The notes under the pieces are model-generated. The model was not told the origin of the DNA. It searched no databases and worked only from the letters and a program-made list of their open reading frames with translations. A DNA stretch of 63,786 bases, the filler included, from Octopus bimaculoides (taxonomy: Eukaryota), in the NCBI RefSeq assembly GCF_001194135.2. It is 5 parts of 5 records of this genome, joined end to end, with 100 filler letters (N's around TTAATTAATTAA, not from the genome) between each part and the next. Parts side by side here need not be neighbours in the genome. Positions count along the whole stretch, not along the records: positions 18,960 to 46,443 come from NC_068984.1; 4 more parts are not named here. The stretch is one strand, 5' to 3'. Shown piece by piece: positions 25,620-39,110 of the stretch (position 1 is its first letter; every line of letters starts with the position of its first letter). The translations under genes and the position numbers were made by a program.

Positions 25620-27830
25620 GTTTGATCAACTTTATTTTTTACCTTATGAACATGTGAATAGGAAAAGTTCAACAGGTGGTTGGAGTTCAAGAAAGAAAAG
25701 AGTTAGAGAAGTGTTTTGTGCATTGTTTAGTGTGTCAATGTATTAAACATGGCAGGGATGATGTAAGGAGAAGGGATGAAAGCATCAAGTGAATTTCAGT
25801 GGGGAAGGTATACAACTCACTAGTCTAGAGCAGGGATCTAAGAATGTTGTAGGCAAGTGGAAATCTAAGTCAGTTTTATGGCCTGGTTTGGACACTGTTG
25901 TGATACTTGTGTGCGAAATATTTAAACAGTTCTCTGTGAGGTACACGTGTGCTTTGTCTAGAGTCAGCAATTATCCAGGACTGGAGGATTTTCTGGTCTT
26001 GATGAGGAAGCCTAGTCTTTGGGATGCAGTTTTGATGAATGACTGTAGATGTATTGTTGCAATCAAAGATTATCATTTGTAACAAATCAAGGGTTTTAGC
26101 TGTGTTGTTTATAAGCTGTGAGTTTTTCAAAACTGTTTTCTTAGTATACTGCTTGTAATTTGGTTCTCATGAATAAAAGTGGGTTGTTCATTAAGGTTTT
26201 TGTTTAGAGTAGAGGAAGTCTGGCAAGAAGTATCTGTGAAAGGAAGATGTATAAGAAGTTATGATGAAATAAAAGAGGGTATCATCTAAGAGTGGTGGCA
26301 CTCTGTCGGTTACAACGACGAGGGTTCCAGTTGATCTGATCAACGGAACATGAAATTAACGTGCAAGTGGCTGAGCATTCCACAGACATGTGTACTCTTA
26401 ACGTAGTTCTTGAGGAGATTCAGCATGACACAGAGTGTGACAAGGCTGGCTCTTTGAAATACAGGTACAACAGAAACAGGAAGAAAGAGTGAGAGAAAGT
26501 TGTGGTGAAAGAGTACAGCAGGGTTTGCTACCACCCCCTGCCAGAGCCTCGTGGGGCTTTAGGTGTTTTTGCTCAATAAACACTCACAATGCCTGGTTTG
26601 GGAATCGAAACTGTTATCCTACAACCGTGAGTCAGCTGCCCTAACCACTGGGCCATTGCGCCTCCACCATCTACGAGTCAACAGATGTAGAAGTAATGGC
26701 AAATAAAAGTGGAGCAAACAAAAATATTGTGAAGGCATACTAATGTTTGGTCAGAGAGACCTCCATTTATTCATTCTGTGATATGGCATTTGAATAAGAA
26801 ATTTTTGATTTAAGAAGGGGAAATAAATAAAGCCAATATGTTAGCAACATTTCCATGTCTATTTTTCTTTGTAAGGTTTAGTCAGAATGAAAAGGATGAA
26901 CCCATAACTTTCACAGACCATCCAATATTGAACGATTATAAGTTGATATCTTTAAGAAAATGTTTGTCAGAAGAGAACTCTAGAGGGTTGACATCTTTAT
27001 GAGGATGAATTGAAGATAGTGCGAGGCCTGGTAGGAGAGATACGGAATGGGTGTTGACTTGGGGAAAGACATGTGTATTGAGTGGGTGCAAATGATGTAC
27101 AACTAATTAGAACCTACAGTCTGCAGAGACTATTGTGATCTATACAGACTGTACAAAAGACAGTTGGTTGCTGTGTGTTGATGAGTCCTTGCCACTGAAT
27201 TGGATGGTCTTCTATTGGATGATGTTTATGATGTTTATGTATAGCAGCAGCTTTGTCCCATTATGGGTAACATTTGAATATTGCACAGTGTTAGCAGAGG
27301 TGAATTGTTTCTCTGAGTCTGAAGAGGAAGAGGAAGGCTAGTCTTTGGGATGTAGTTTTGCTAAACTATGAATGTGAGATCTTCAGGAGAGATCACTGAG
27401 TGTCTAGCATTTATAGTGACTTACATTGCATGATATTCAGGATTAGGGAGGGCAAGGTAAAAGATTATTTCCTTGGTATGTGCAGTGAGTGTGTCTTTGT
27501 GTTGTTCAAGAAGTTAACATTGCCATAACCCCATTGGAAATTGTGCTCAAGGTTTTTGTTGATAAAAGCAGTAAAGCTTAATCTTGAGGTGTATAGGTGG
27601 TACCTGTGTGCAGGTTTCTGAGGAGGAATGAAAAGTGGTGTCAATTGTCTAGAAATAAGTATTGTCATAGAGGTGACAGTGAGTAGGTTACTTAATATAC
27701 AGAAGGAAAAATGTGAGCAATATAAGTGAACTTTAGGGTACACTAGAGTTGATTAGAGCGAGAGTCTCATCAATAGGATCTGTGATGGCAGGATCTGGCA
27801 AGAAACTTGCAATGAGATAAAAAAACAGGT
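25620..27830 (-). mobile_element. Decayed LINE ORF2 (endonuclease-proximal part) interrupted by a SINE
   Basis: Degenerate minus-strand peptides (NCIPKTRLPHQDQKILQSWI, LDKAHVY) resembling CR1/Jockey ORF2; weak. Confidence 0.5.
26294..26667 (-). mobile_element. Full-length SINE family A with 11-bp TSD
   Basis: catctaagagt (26283) / catctacgagt (26668); reverse complement of the 34157 and 39111 copies. Confidence 0.92.
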
Positions 27831-27889
27831 CAACAGTATATAAAAATAATGATAATAGTAAAAATAATAATTATAATAATAATAATAAT

Positions 27890-28870
27890 GAAATTATTAT
27901 GTATAGTGCTCAGGTGCACTACAACTTATCAAAGGTACATAGAATTATGTACAAATGTCAGGAAAGTGAATAGTGTATGAGTCATAATATATGTGTCCAT
28001 GTGTATGGAGTGGATATATCAGGTGTAGTGTTGACGAATTTCAGGAAGCATGGAGGTTTTAAAGGATGCAATGTCTCAGCAGCTAACAACTGATGCAGGT
28101 AGTTTGTTCCATGCTTCAGCTACTCTGAGTGTGAAAAAAATGTTTCCAAAAGTCATGGGAGCTGTGCTGTTTTCTGACTTTGTAGGCATGCCCATGTGTG
28201 TTAGACATAGAATTCAAAAAGGTGCACAAGGTTGTTGTTGGCATGATGGTTAATAATTTTGTGGGTGTTTACCAAGTCAGTTGTCAGATGCTAGAGCTTC
28301 AATGTATCCATACCCAAGGAAGCAAGGCGGTCAGTGTATAGTAGATGCCCAATGGAGGGTATTCGCTTGGTTGCATGTCACTGAACAGTTTCCAGGAGGT
28401 CAATGTTCTGAGCAAGATAGGGGTTCCAGACTGGTAATGCACCATAGCCATATACAGCCTTAAATAGATAGCTGGAGAATGACTGACAAAGGTCATGCTG
28501 AGTGATGCCAAAACACCCTTGGCCTTCTTGACAATTTTAGAGATGTACTTTGGCTCTGCAGAGGCCATACTGTGATTACTGAGGAAGAAGAGGGAGTGAA
28601 TATGTTGAAGAAAGTGATTGTTGATGAGTGTTTTTTTAGCACTTTTGAGGTGTTAGAAGAGAAAGCAATAAATTGATAACTGTCAAGATAATAGATTTTG
28701 CCCATTTTGGAGAGGGACACATGATTTTGTGTTTCCAAATATCAAGATAGATTCTTGTATAGGAAGAAAGAAAGTGATGTATTTTGGAAATATAAGAGTT
28801 ATAGGGTTGGGTAATGGTAAGGACCTTGAAAACCGGAAGTGGTTTTGCATTTGAATGTATGTGTACATAG
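27890..28870 (-). mobile_element. CR1/L2-like LINE 3' fragment
   Basis: Minus-strand KKAKGVLASL...IYLRLYMAMVHY; RT C-terminal-like sequence ending beside a (TAA)n tract. Confidence 0.6.
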
Positions 28871-29235
28871 TAGTGATACTGGTGTGGTGGAGAAGGGAAA
28901 TTTACATGGAATTTTGCTACAGATTGCTTAGCAAGAAATGATTTCTTCTGATTTCATCAAAATATCATTTTAATATATGATTAATGTTAAACACTTCATT
29001 AAAAATACTGTGGTCGATTTGAAATATTCCACAATTAATCCAGCATTTAAGCATTAATATTATGTGAAGTTCTCTCTGGTACATTAACATAATGTCAAAT
29101 TGTGCCTGAAACACCTGGTTACCAAGGAAATGTCATCTTTTTAGGTAGAAATCATTTCATTTGAATTGAATTTTGAGAAAATGTTTATTAAAAAATGGGC
29201 ATGTTTTTTATCATAATTTGTTGTGTGTTTATTAG

Positions 29236-29365
29236 GTGTCAGTGTTCTGCAGATTGGCATGGAATTCATTGTACTACCCGTCATGATGATTGTACAGGAT
29301 CTTCTTCTAGCGAACTCTGCAGTCATGGTACATGTGTCAATGTGAAGCGTCAGCAACCAAATCAA
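29236..29365 (+). CDS. CUBN: Cubilin-like gene, EGF2/EGF3 exon (RCQCSADWHGIHCTTRHDDCTGSSSSELCSHGTCVNVKRQQPNQ)
   Basis: ttag acceptor, gtaaag donor, phase 2 to 0 fits the neighbours; DDC...C.HG.C motif of cubilin EGF3. Confidence 0.95.
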
Positions 29366-30084
29366 GTAAAGAGCACTTATTTTAATTCTCATACTAATAT
29401 TATCAAAAATGTTTGCCTTTTCTTTTAAGTAACAAAAGCATAATATTTGTTTGAATTTTATACATTAAAGAATATTTCCTATTTTTTGTTTTTAAATTTT
29501 CTTTTCAAGTGGATTCTAGCCCTTTCGATCACAAATTAAAATATTTTGTTTTTATAATAATGAAAAAAAATTTGCTTGCTTTGTTAATATTAATAATCAT
29601 TTTCTAATTTAGATAATTTTATACTTAAAACTCCAGTTATTGAATTGGATTTGAAACATTTTAATCTCAAATCTGTATATGAATAAAACTGAATTCAGCT
29701 TTTATCATACTAGACAACCACAAACTAGCAAATGGTTGCGATGCTAAAGTTAAGGAAACTGGTCAACTGAAATTTCTAAAAAAAATATAAGTTCTAAGAC
29801 CTTTGTTTTGGCAACTGTGTCAACCAAGTCTGTGCCTTATGTATGAGAATTCTTTCCTCTAGATTTCCCAGGCTAAACTGTAGAGGCTATTTTGATATCA
29901 AGACAATTGAAGATCCACTGCATAATGCTGCTTTTATATAGCCATAGTTAGTTCTGCTTGAACTTCAGCATGTATGTAACTGAGCAAAAAGTATATTTAA
30001 TTGATATTTTGTGCTTTGGCCCTCACGTTTTTATTGTAGATTTTTTTTGTTCTAAAATGTAGGTCTTTAACTCGTGGCTGCCAT

Positions 30085-31120
30085 CAATTTAAAGATTGTA
30101 AAAAGTTTGCAACAAATATTTTGCTATTAAATTGAACAGGCAAAACTACTACATTTCATCATGTGATACTACATCCCCCTCTATTTTGTCAAAAGCTTTG
30201 AGTTATATGTCTCTAAATCTCTGTCCATTCACAGGATCCTTAAGCTTCCAGACCTTTCTTCTCCATTCTGGTCTTCTTCTGGGCATCCATTTAACCCTGA
30301 TCCTGAAGTCGCTTACTACTAATCTATGTTGTGGGGTACATTCTTCACCTGGGAAGGTTTTGGCAATTATAAGTAGCCATCTTTCCTGTTTCCTGGTGAG
30401 GATGTAATCAATTTGAGTAGTGTGTCCACCAGATTGGTAGGTGAATAGGTGGCTGGCAGGTTTCCAGAAGTTAGTATTACAAACCATAAGAATATTACAA
30501 ACCATATTTTGCATCGCAGAACTCCAGCTGCCTGTTTCCCTCCTCATTGCGGGAACCAAAACTATAGCCTCCATGTGTGCCACAGAAGCCTCCTTCATGT
30601 TGTCCAAGATGTCCATTGAAGTCACCAGCCACAAAGAGAAAGTCTGTCATTCGTTGATGAGATAGTCTGCAAGAGGGTGTCATAAAATCGGTCTTTCTGT
30701 TCATCAGGTAGCCCCAGCTGAGGGGCATAGGCTGAGATAATGGTTGCTAAACCATGTTGCAGCACTAATCTAATCTTAAATATTTTATCACAGACTCTGA
30801 CTACCTCGATTGCCTTAACTTATTTCTCTGCAAGAAGTATACCACACCCCCGACTCTGTCAGTGTTTCTTGCCCAGAAAACCTTATACCTATGTTCTTTG
30901 CCTGTGAAGAACCTAGCAGAAATTCCTCTCCACCTTACTTCTTGGATGTAGCACAAATCTACATGTCTCTGTTCAAGCATCTCAATAATCTCACCAGACC
31001 TACCTTTCAGTGTGCCAACCCTGAGGGTGTGGGAGGTGTGGGCCTGCAAGACTCTGGGATGGGGGACAGCAGTGTCATGTACCTGAAAAGAAATGAATAA
31101 TGAATTTGGATTCAGCATAA
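30085..31120 (-). mobile_element. RTE-clade LINE, AP-endonuclease fragment
   Basis: LRVGTLKGRSGEIIEMLEQRHVDLCYIQEVRWRG, FVAGDFNGHLG, TQIDYILTR, ECTPQHRLVVSDF. Confidence 0.92.
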
Positions 31121-31286
31121 AAAATTACATCTATATGATATATTAAAACATTTTTTTAAAGATAATTGTAAACAGTGATGAAAATCACAAAGATATGAAA
31201 CTTAAAGTAAAATTATCTTGAAATCGTTGTTACTTTGCTAAAATTTAAAAAAATATATTTCTTCTTGCTTTTTTTTTTTTTTTTAG

Positions 31287-31455
31287 CCCAAATACAGTTG
31301 CATCTGTGAACCTGGCTGGACACATTCTTCAAATAGTCCATCTTGCACTGTAGATGTAGATGAATGTAACCTTGTATCTTCCCCTTGCTTTAAACATCCT
31401 CAAGTGCATTGCATAAATCTTCCAGGTTCATTCAGGTGTTCTCCATGCCCTACAG
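31287..31455 (+). CDS. CUBN: Cubilin-like gene, EGF3/EGF4 exon (PKYSCICEPGWTHSSNSPSCTVDVDECNLVSSPCFKHPQVHCINLPGSFRCSPCPT)
   Basis: poly-T tract plus ag, gtacgt donor; PKYSC.C..GW...NSP.CT.D.DEC is characteristic of cubilin. Confidence 0.96.
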
Positions 31456-32899
31456 GTACGTATATATTATCTGTGTTGCAGTGAAATAGTTTTTAATTTT
31501 GTCACACTATTAATACGTTTTTTTAACTAGTTAGGAATCATAGATCCAGTTGTAATTTCAGGTTTTGTAGTTTTAAGATGTTGCGTGAGTGACAAATCTC
31601 TTGCTGGGTTGGAAACCAGTTTATTAACAATTAAGATCATTGGGAGAATGTTGTTCAACCTTAAAACAATTATTTTATTGGGCAACAATAAAAGTTGTGC
31701 CTTTGCTCTAGAAATATTTAGTTTTGTCTTTCTACATTCTTAATTCTAATCTTTCGAGGGTTGGATATGCCTTTCATCTCTGCTGTTGACAAAATAAGAG
31801 CCAGGCAAACCTTACAGTTTGACTCAAGTGACTAAACTTTTCCCTAAAAAATTTTGATTTTGTGCCTGTAGAAGAAGTCATTGTTATTGGTGGCATCAGC
31901 AGCAGCAGCAGAATAACAATAATAATAATAATAATAATAATAGTAATAATAATAATAATAATAACTGTTTCAAATTTTGCCACAAGGGCAGCCATTTTTG
32001 GGGAGAGGATGGGTTGATTACATCGACCCCAGTGTTCAACTGGTGCTTATTTTATTGACCCCGAAAGGTTGAAAGGCAAAGTCGACCTTGGCAGAATTAG
32101 AACTCAGATCGGAGTGATAGGCAAAATACTGCTAAGCATTTTGTCTAGCATAATTAATATTCTGCCAGCTCACCCCCTTCAGTAATAATAATAATAGTAA
32201 TAATGATGCAGTACCAGGCAGTGACTCTCATGGTTTTTGATCTTAACTGATTGGAAGTGATTGGAAGTTTTATCATGTACATATTTTCTCTTGGTATAAA
32301 AGATGGGCTACAGCAAATATTCTGCTCAATGTCACAGATTTGCTTGTCAGTTGCTTCATCTTAACCGTTTGAGCATGTGCTTTGGTGGCTGACAATATGT
32401 GCATCTCTGATTACAAGTAGAAGTAGTAGAGGAGCAATTTTGAGCAAAAAAGTTGAGAGTAATTCTTTGGGGTTTGAATAATTCACCACTGGAAACATAG
32501 GTATATCATCCATCATCCTTATACAAACTTTATTCAAGGACATTTTGAGTGTGATGGGCTACTCAACCTGAAGAAGATTCTAACTGGCCCCCATCTGCAA
32601 GATCATGTACTGTTTATCTTGATATGAAATCACCATGTCATGCACATATGGCTGTGATGCATGTGCCTGGCGTACCCTTATCAGACGGGTAGTCATGATG
32701 GGTATATTGGGCTTCATATATTTGTACCCCAGAGTCACTTTGATGGCATGCACCACTCTTGCACTCAATAATAATGATAATGTTTCAAAATAACAAAAAA
32801 GGGTATGAACATTAACCAGAGGCTGTGATTGAGAATAATTATTACAGAATTTTATGGGACTTCCTTATAAAGACTGACCATATTATCAAAGCAGAGAGA

Positions 32900-33270
32900 G
32901 ACCATATATGATTGAGACAAAAGAAAGAAATAGTGTAAAACAATAAACTTCACAATACCATATGATAATGTGGCTGATACCAAAGAAGTTGAAAAAAAAA
33001 AAACCTAAGAAAATTAGGAACTTGCCAGACACAGGAAAAGATTGTGGAAAACTGACAACAGTTATTCTTGTGGTTATTGGTACACTTGGCGTAACACCAA
33101 GCTGCTACCTAAGAGACTGAAGGATATTGGAATTGAGATACACATTGCTAACTTGCAAAAAAAAAATGCAATCCTGTATTCTGCAAGAATCTTAATAAAG
33201 AATCTTGTGATTTGGGAAGATTTGTTTCCATCAAACCTCAAGACAATGTCCCTGCTAAGTAATATTACAT
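32900..33270 (+). mobile_element. REL-endonuclease LINE 3' relic (R4/Dong-like)
   Basis: VILVVIGTLGVTP...LKDIGIEIHIANLQKKNAILYSARIL; frameshifted. Confidence 0.55.
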
Positions 33271-34156
33271 GTAATTATTATAATCATAATAATACGTTGG
33301 CATGTTAGAAATAGTAAAGAACTAGACTAAACATATAATAATAATTAGTTTTTCCCTTTCAACTTCGTTTTTGCTCTGTTAAAGTTTACTTTGCCTTTCA
33401 TTTCTTTGGGATCAATATAAGTACCATGTGTGTATTGCAACCAATCCAATTAATTATACTCCTCTCCTTCAATTTTTTTAATCGTGAGCTATTGTAAGGA
33501 GGTGCACTTTCTTGAGCCTACCTTAGCATTGAGGTCTCTTATAATTAGTTGATTTACTAGCTGATTTGACTTATTTTAGTGCAGAATTGATTGATACAAA
33601 TTCACTTGTTTAGCAGAGTAGTCAGTACAAAGACTTGTAAAATGGCTATATTGAAAGGCTTTGTTTTTCATTTTAATGCATGATTCTTTCATTAACAGTC
33701 CAGTATCCTTGTACAAATTTTCTCATTTTTTTTTTATATATCTAGATTCCTAGTAAATGTTCATGTTTTTCACCCCCTGTGTGTAAGAAATTATAATTTT
33801 CTCTATTAATGTAGCGATCACTTACCCATTTTGTCTCTGATATGCTGATAATATCTGTTTTAAGGACTTCAACTTCCTAGATTAAATTGTCTTAAGTAGA
33901 TGGACAGAAACTTGAACAAACAAAAAGTATATCCTTTTAGCGTTCAAATTTCTTTGTCAAATGTATTGCTTATTCTTCTGAATTAATCACACATTATTTT
34001 GAAGCTTCAAGATTTCAGAGAGGTGTTTGTATATTTTTAGAGTGACATTGTAGGGTATGTGTGAGAGGTTGGATCCGGTCAGTTTTAACATAAAACAGGT
34101 AGAACATTTGGGCTGGATATGGCCAGATTAAATGCTAAAGGGATATAGGACAAATA

Positions 34157-34545
34157 GTGGAGGCGCAATGGCCCAGTGGTTAGGGCAGTGGACTCACAGT
34201 CACAGGATCGCAATTTCGATTCCCAGACCGGGCATTGTGAGTGTTTATTGAGAGAAAACACCTAAAGCTCCACGAGGCTCCGGCAGGGGATGGTGGCGAA
34301 CCCTGCTGTACTCTTTCACCACAACTTTCTCTCACTCTTACTTCCTGTTTCTGTTGTGCCTGTAATTTAAAGGGTCAGCCTTGTCACACTGTGTCACACT
34401 GAATATCCCCGAGAACTACGTTAAGGGTACACGTGTCTGTGGAGTGCTCAGCCACTTGCACGTTAATTTCACGAGCAGGCTGTTCCATTGATTTGGATCA
34501 GCTGGAACCCTCGATGTTGTAAGCGACGGAGTGCCAACAACAACA
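34157..34545 (+). mobile_element. Full-length tRNA-derived SINE family A with 12-bp TSD
   Basis: A box TGGCCCAGTGG, B-box-like TTTCGATTCC, (AAC)n tail, ATAGGACAAATA at 34145 and 34546. Confidence 0.95.
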
Positions 34546-34557
34546 ATAGGACAAATA

Positions 34558-35040
34558 ATAAATCAGGAAGGTCGTTGTGAAGAAGTTGTTATTCAAAGAA
34601 TAAATGAGGCTAAAACATAATTTATAAGAACAAAATAAAAAAATATCTTCACCTCAAAAAACATGATACTGTAGCTAAAACTGAGGTTAGTAAACTGTTA
34701 TATTATGTTAGTTGACCTATGTGAGGCAGAAACTTGGACAATGTACATGACCATGGTGAAAACTGTTGAGTTGTGAATCTTTCATAGATTAAGCAGGATA
34801 AGCTAGAAAGACATTATTATCATATTTTGGATGTGCAATGCATCATTAGTCACTACTGAAGACCTGCCGACAGGAAGTGTTGAATGGGGAAGAGAATAAG
34901 AGGCTGGCAAAGACGTTTATGAATTGAGAACATCAAAGAATGGACTTAAAACAGGAGCCTGATTGTATGCATGCAGCACACCACAGAGGGAACTGGGGAG
35001 TTCTGGCAATCTAGCATCGGGACACGGGAAAAGCACCTGG
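34558..35040 (+). mobile_element. RTE LINE 3' relic
   Basis: EGRCEEVVIQRINEAKT, CEAETWT and NIKEWT-like motifs; heavily decayed. Confidence 0.6.
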
Positions 35041-35627
35041 CTGTCAGAAATCATTTCAGCTGCTTTAGTTGTTATCAGTGATTCTTGGAAAAAAGAATTT
35101 ACAGATGTGTCATGAGGAGTTGCAACAGTTTCCTATGACACACTTAAAAAGTTGGGTCGTTATGCTTTTATTAAAAAATTGCTGTTTAGGTATAATCAAA
35201 GAACTGATGACCATAGTTTACTCAGATAGTTGAAGACAGTAGAGAAGTTTTTTGTGATTAAAATGACTTGATACTGAAAATGGGATTAGTGAAGTTGAAT
35301 GGTGAATGTTTTGGAGAGATGAAATAATTAAGGGAAAGTGATTCTCTTTCTGTCTTTCTGTCTCTCTCTGCTCTATAAAAAGGGAAGATTATAAGATATC
35401 TGTGGTTGTATAATAGTGAAATATGGGAAGTAATGAAAGACTACTTCTAGAAATTACAATTCCGTATTGTTCCATAGGTATGTATACTTGTTAAAACAAA
35501 AAAAAAAAAAAAAAAANNNNNNNNNNAAAAAAAAAAAAAAAAAAAAAAAAAGGCAAATTAAGCACAGATAAGTTAAGAATGAACTAAAATGGTTGTATAT
35601 TAAATGATGAGTAAAGTGACTGGATGT

Positions 35628-35795
35628 TAAGAACTTTTTCACTTATTTCACTGCTACTAAATCACAGCACATCTATTGCTTTATCTTACATGCATTATCC
35701 TTCTACACATGTAATGTAGAAGGATAATGCATGTAAGATAAAGTAATAGATGTGCTGTGATTTAGTAGCAGTGAAATAAATGAAAAAGTACTTAA
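35628..35795. repeat. Near-perfect intronic hairpin, ~80-bp arms, 7-nt loop (35708-35714)
   Basis: atttcactgctactaaatcacagcacatctattgctttatcttacatgcattatccttctaca pairs with tgtagaaggataatgcatgtaagataaagtaatagatgtgctgtgatttagtagcagtgaaat. Confidence 0.95.
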
Positions 35796-35959
35796 ATATC
35801 AACCATTTTGTAAAATCTTTGCTGATACTCTTTGAAGAAGACAACCATTTTTATGAGAAAATGTTTTAATTAATTCTGTGAGAAAAAAAATGTAAATCTC
35901 AGTAGGCAAAGAAAGTTTTTTTTTTTTAAACTTTTGAGTCTTTCTTTTTACTTGTTGAG

Positions 35960-36560
35960 TTTTTATTTTCTTGTTGAGTCTGAGTCAGGAACAGGGCCCA
36001 GGACCCTTGCAAGTCCTCCCAGACCAGTGAGATTAATGCCTTTTAATGTTCCTCTTGAAACATTTACAAGTCAACACTCAAGGGATGGACATGACTGGGA
36101 AGTGAATTTCAGAGGGCTGATGTTCTGGGAAGGAAGGACTGGTATTAGTGATTACTGCAGGGGTTGGGGTTGGACAGAACAAAGGTTATAAGAGGAAGCA
36201 TAGCAAGTGAGTTGGACATGCCCTGAGTGAAAGTGATGTGAGTCCAATGAGCTCTGAGAAGCAAAAGCCTTTGTAGTAGCTTTATAAATAGCTGAGAGTG
36301 GGGATGTGTGCCTGTGAGTGATTTTATGCCAATCAGTTGGGTTACTCTTTTCTGGAAGTGTCTTATGATGTTGATGTGTGCAGCAGCAACATTGTTGCAG
36401 ATATGAGAACAATACTTCATTATGGGCCTCACCTGAGCTTTAAGAGATTGGTCATTTCTTCATTTCATAAACCAAATAATGAAACAATTTATCATCTTGC
36501 AAAAATTAAGCCTGCTGTGAAGTGTAAACTTCAAAAGATCAACATCCTAACCTATTAAAA
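35960..36560 (-). mobile_element. Jockey/CR1-like RT C-terminal relic; related fragment at 44150-44420 (minus)
   Basis: RPIMKYCSHI...QKRVTQLIG and CMEYCCHIW...QVQKRISNLIG. Confidence 0.7.
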
Positions 36561-37083
36561 TAGATCTTATATTGATGATAATGCCAATAGTGCTTCTGCC
36601 TTTAAGAATGATGTTTTAAACTAGTCATACTAATAAAGAATGGAAATATTTAAACTGATCGACTACAGTTAGCAAACGATATGCTTAGGTAGCAGGTGGT
36701 ATCTTGACATTATAATGGACACTTTGTCAAGAAATATAATTCTCAAATGTCCCACTTTGCATCGTTGTTAATAGTTCCTACAGAATGGTAAGCAAATCTA
36801 TACAGCACTGTAAAATTAATGAATTTGGTGTAGGATTTTAGTGCAGTATTGCAACCTTCTTCTGGATATACTTTTGAAAGCAAGAAGTTCTATTAAATTG
36901 ACTCTGCCCAGATAAATTGCATAAGGATGAAGTTTTTAGTGGTATCCCTATGACCTAATGTATTAGGTCACCTACCTCTATCATCACTGGCATCATTGTC
37001 ATCACCACCATCACCATCACCATTACCACCATCATCATTATTATTATTATTCAAGCTGCAATTTATGTGTTCTATTTCAAAAG

Positions 37084-37215
37084 GTTTCACTGGAAATGGC
37101 TTCAGCTGTATGGATATAAATGAGTGTGAGATAAGTAATGGAGGATGTTCCCTTGTTCCTCTTGTGGACTGTTTAAATACTTATGGTTCAAGATCATGTG
37201 GCCCATGTCCAGCAG
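37084..37215 (+). CDS. CUBN: Cubilin-like gene, EGF4/EGF5 exon ([44 protein letters not shown])
   Basis: phase 1/1, aag acceptor, gtgagt donor; DINECE..NGGCS..P.V.C.NT.GS motif. Confidence 0.96.
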
Positions 37216-37228
37216 GTGAGTTAATGGG

Positions 37229-37265
<37 letters not shown>

Positions 37266-38482
37266 CCTTAAGTTATAAAACCATAAAATATGTAAACCAG
37301 TTTCTGAATGCATTTATTTTTCAAGTTGTAGGTCAAAGTTCTGCATTTTGGTAGCTGAAATTTTGCATTGGGGTACATTTTTGTCAACTTTTTCTGATAA
37401 CTTCAAAAAACGTTAAATTTATTAATAATGATGAAAATATATTTACTATAGAAAAATATTGTTTTTTTTTTAATGAAGAAGTAAAAAACGACAACAATGT
37501 TTGTGTGTATATTTAAGTGGTGATGGTGGGGAAGGAAGCTATCAAAGACAATACAGAATGTGATTCTGTTTCTGTTCTATATTGGACATTAAAATAATCT
37601 TTATTCAAACTTCATACATGAGAAAACAAGAAAAACATTGTTTTATGAATAATAAATTTTTTTTTAACTAAACAAAATATTCACCATTGGTTACTTTCTA
37701 GCATGACCTACTACCTTTTGAAAGTGTTTGTGCAACCTTTTTATGAATTCGATCTGGCAACCCAGTGATAGTAAACAAAATTCTGAAACTATTTGTGAAA
37801 TGGGTATCTTTATTATTCAGTTATGAATAAATGTCAGGAGCAGATATCAAAAGTGACAGGGTTATAGTTAGAAAAGTCCTCTTTTATGAACAATATTTTT
37901 AACAATGTGCAGCAAATTTAAGTGGATTTGGTGGAATTTCTGTACTCTCATCTTGCTGTTCTAGCAGTGTTAGCTTGACATTAGATAAACTTTCTCTATG
38001 GGGTACTAGCAACTCAACTACATCATCCTGTATAACTTTCTCAAACCCCACATCATTTACAAGTATCATAGAAAAGTTGCAAAATCATGGCAGGAATGGC
38101 TATGTGGTAAGAAATTTGCTTCCCAACCACATGGTTCTGGGAAATTGTGAGTATGCCTGGCAAAAAGCTTAGCAGCATTTCATTCGTCTTTATGCTCTGA
38201 GTTCAAATTCTCCTGAGGTGGACTTTGCTGTTCATCCTATCAGGGTTGATAAAATAAGTACCAATGAAACACTGGGGTCAATGTAATTGACTACGTCCTC
38301 CTCCAAAATTTCAAACCTTGTGCCTAGAGTAGAAAAGGGAAAGGATTATTCTCTTCTGCTAGCTTTGCTTATCTCATCATTCTAAAATCAATAAAATAAA
38401 TACATGTTAATTCAATCAATTATATGTCTTGTTACAAATTTTAAAACCTTATACCAATACCATAAATTGTTATTTTGAACAG

Positions 38483-38581
38483 GTTATACAGGAGATGGTG
38501 TGACTTGTAATTATGTTGGTTTTTGTGGCAGTAACAATGGTGGATGCCATCCATTGGCAACATGTTCAGAAAACACCTATG
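38483..38581 (+). CDS. CUBN: Cubilin-like gene, EGF5/EGF6 exon (GYTGDGVTCNYVGFCGSNNGGCHPLATCSENTY)
   Basis: cag acceptor, gtatgt donor, phase 1/1; NGGCHP.A.CS motif of cubilin EGF6. Confidence 0.96.
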
Positions 38582-39110
38582 GTATGTCTTTCTTGATCAT
38601 TTTAATTTATTGAAAATGTCATTTTATTTTTAGCAGCTAATAAATGTGTGGCTATGATAAGAAGTTTCCTCCCTTACCATATGGTTTCTGGTTCAATCCC
38701 ACAGTGTGGCACCTTGCACAAGTGTCTTCTACAATATCTGTAGTCCAACCAAAACCTTATGAGTAGATTCGGTTAATGGAAACTGAAAGAAGTCTGTTGT
38801 GCATATATATACATGTGTGTGTGTGTCTTTAAATTCATGTGATAATAGTAACATGTTTTGTTATGGAGGAACATTACCTTGCTTGGAAACAGGTAAGGGT
38901 GGGTGACAGGAAGGGCATCTGGTTGTAAAAAAATCAACCTCAACAGCTTCCAGCTTACCAATGCAAACATGAAAAGAGGATGTGAAATGATGAATGTGAC
39001 AGTATGCATTTATACAATTTGTTAGGATTCATCAAATTTTCACAGTTGATAAACATTATATATGTTATTTTTCTAAGAAACTTTTACTTGTAAAGTACTT
39101 GCATTGTGTA

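Noticed and set aside
34157-34235. tRNA gene
   Set aside because: A and B boxes belong to a SINE head with body, (AAC)n tail and TSD; no complete cloverleaf
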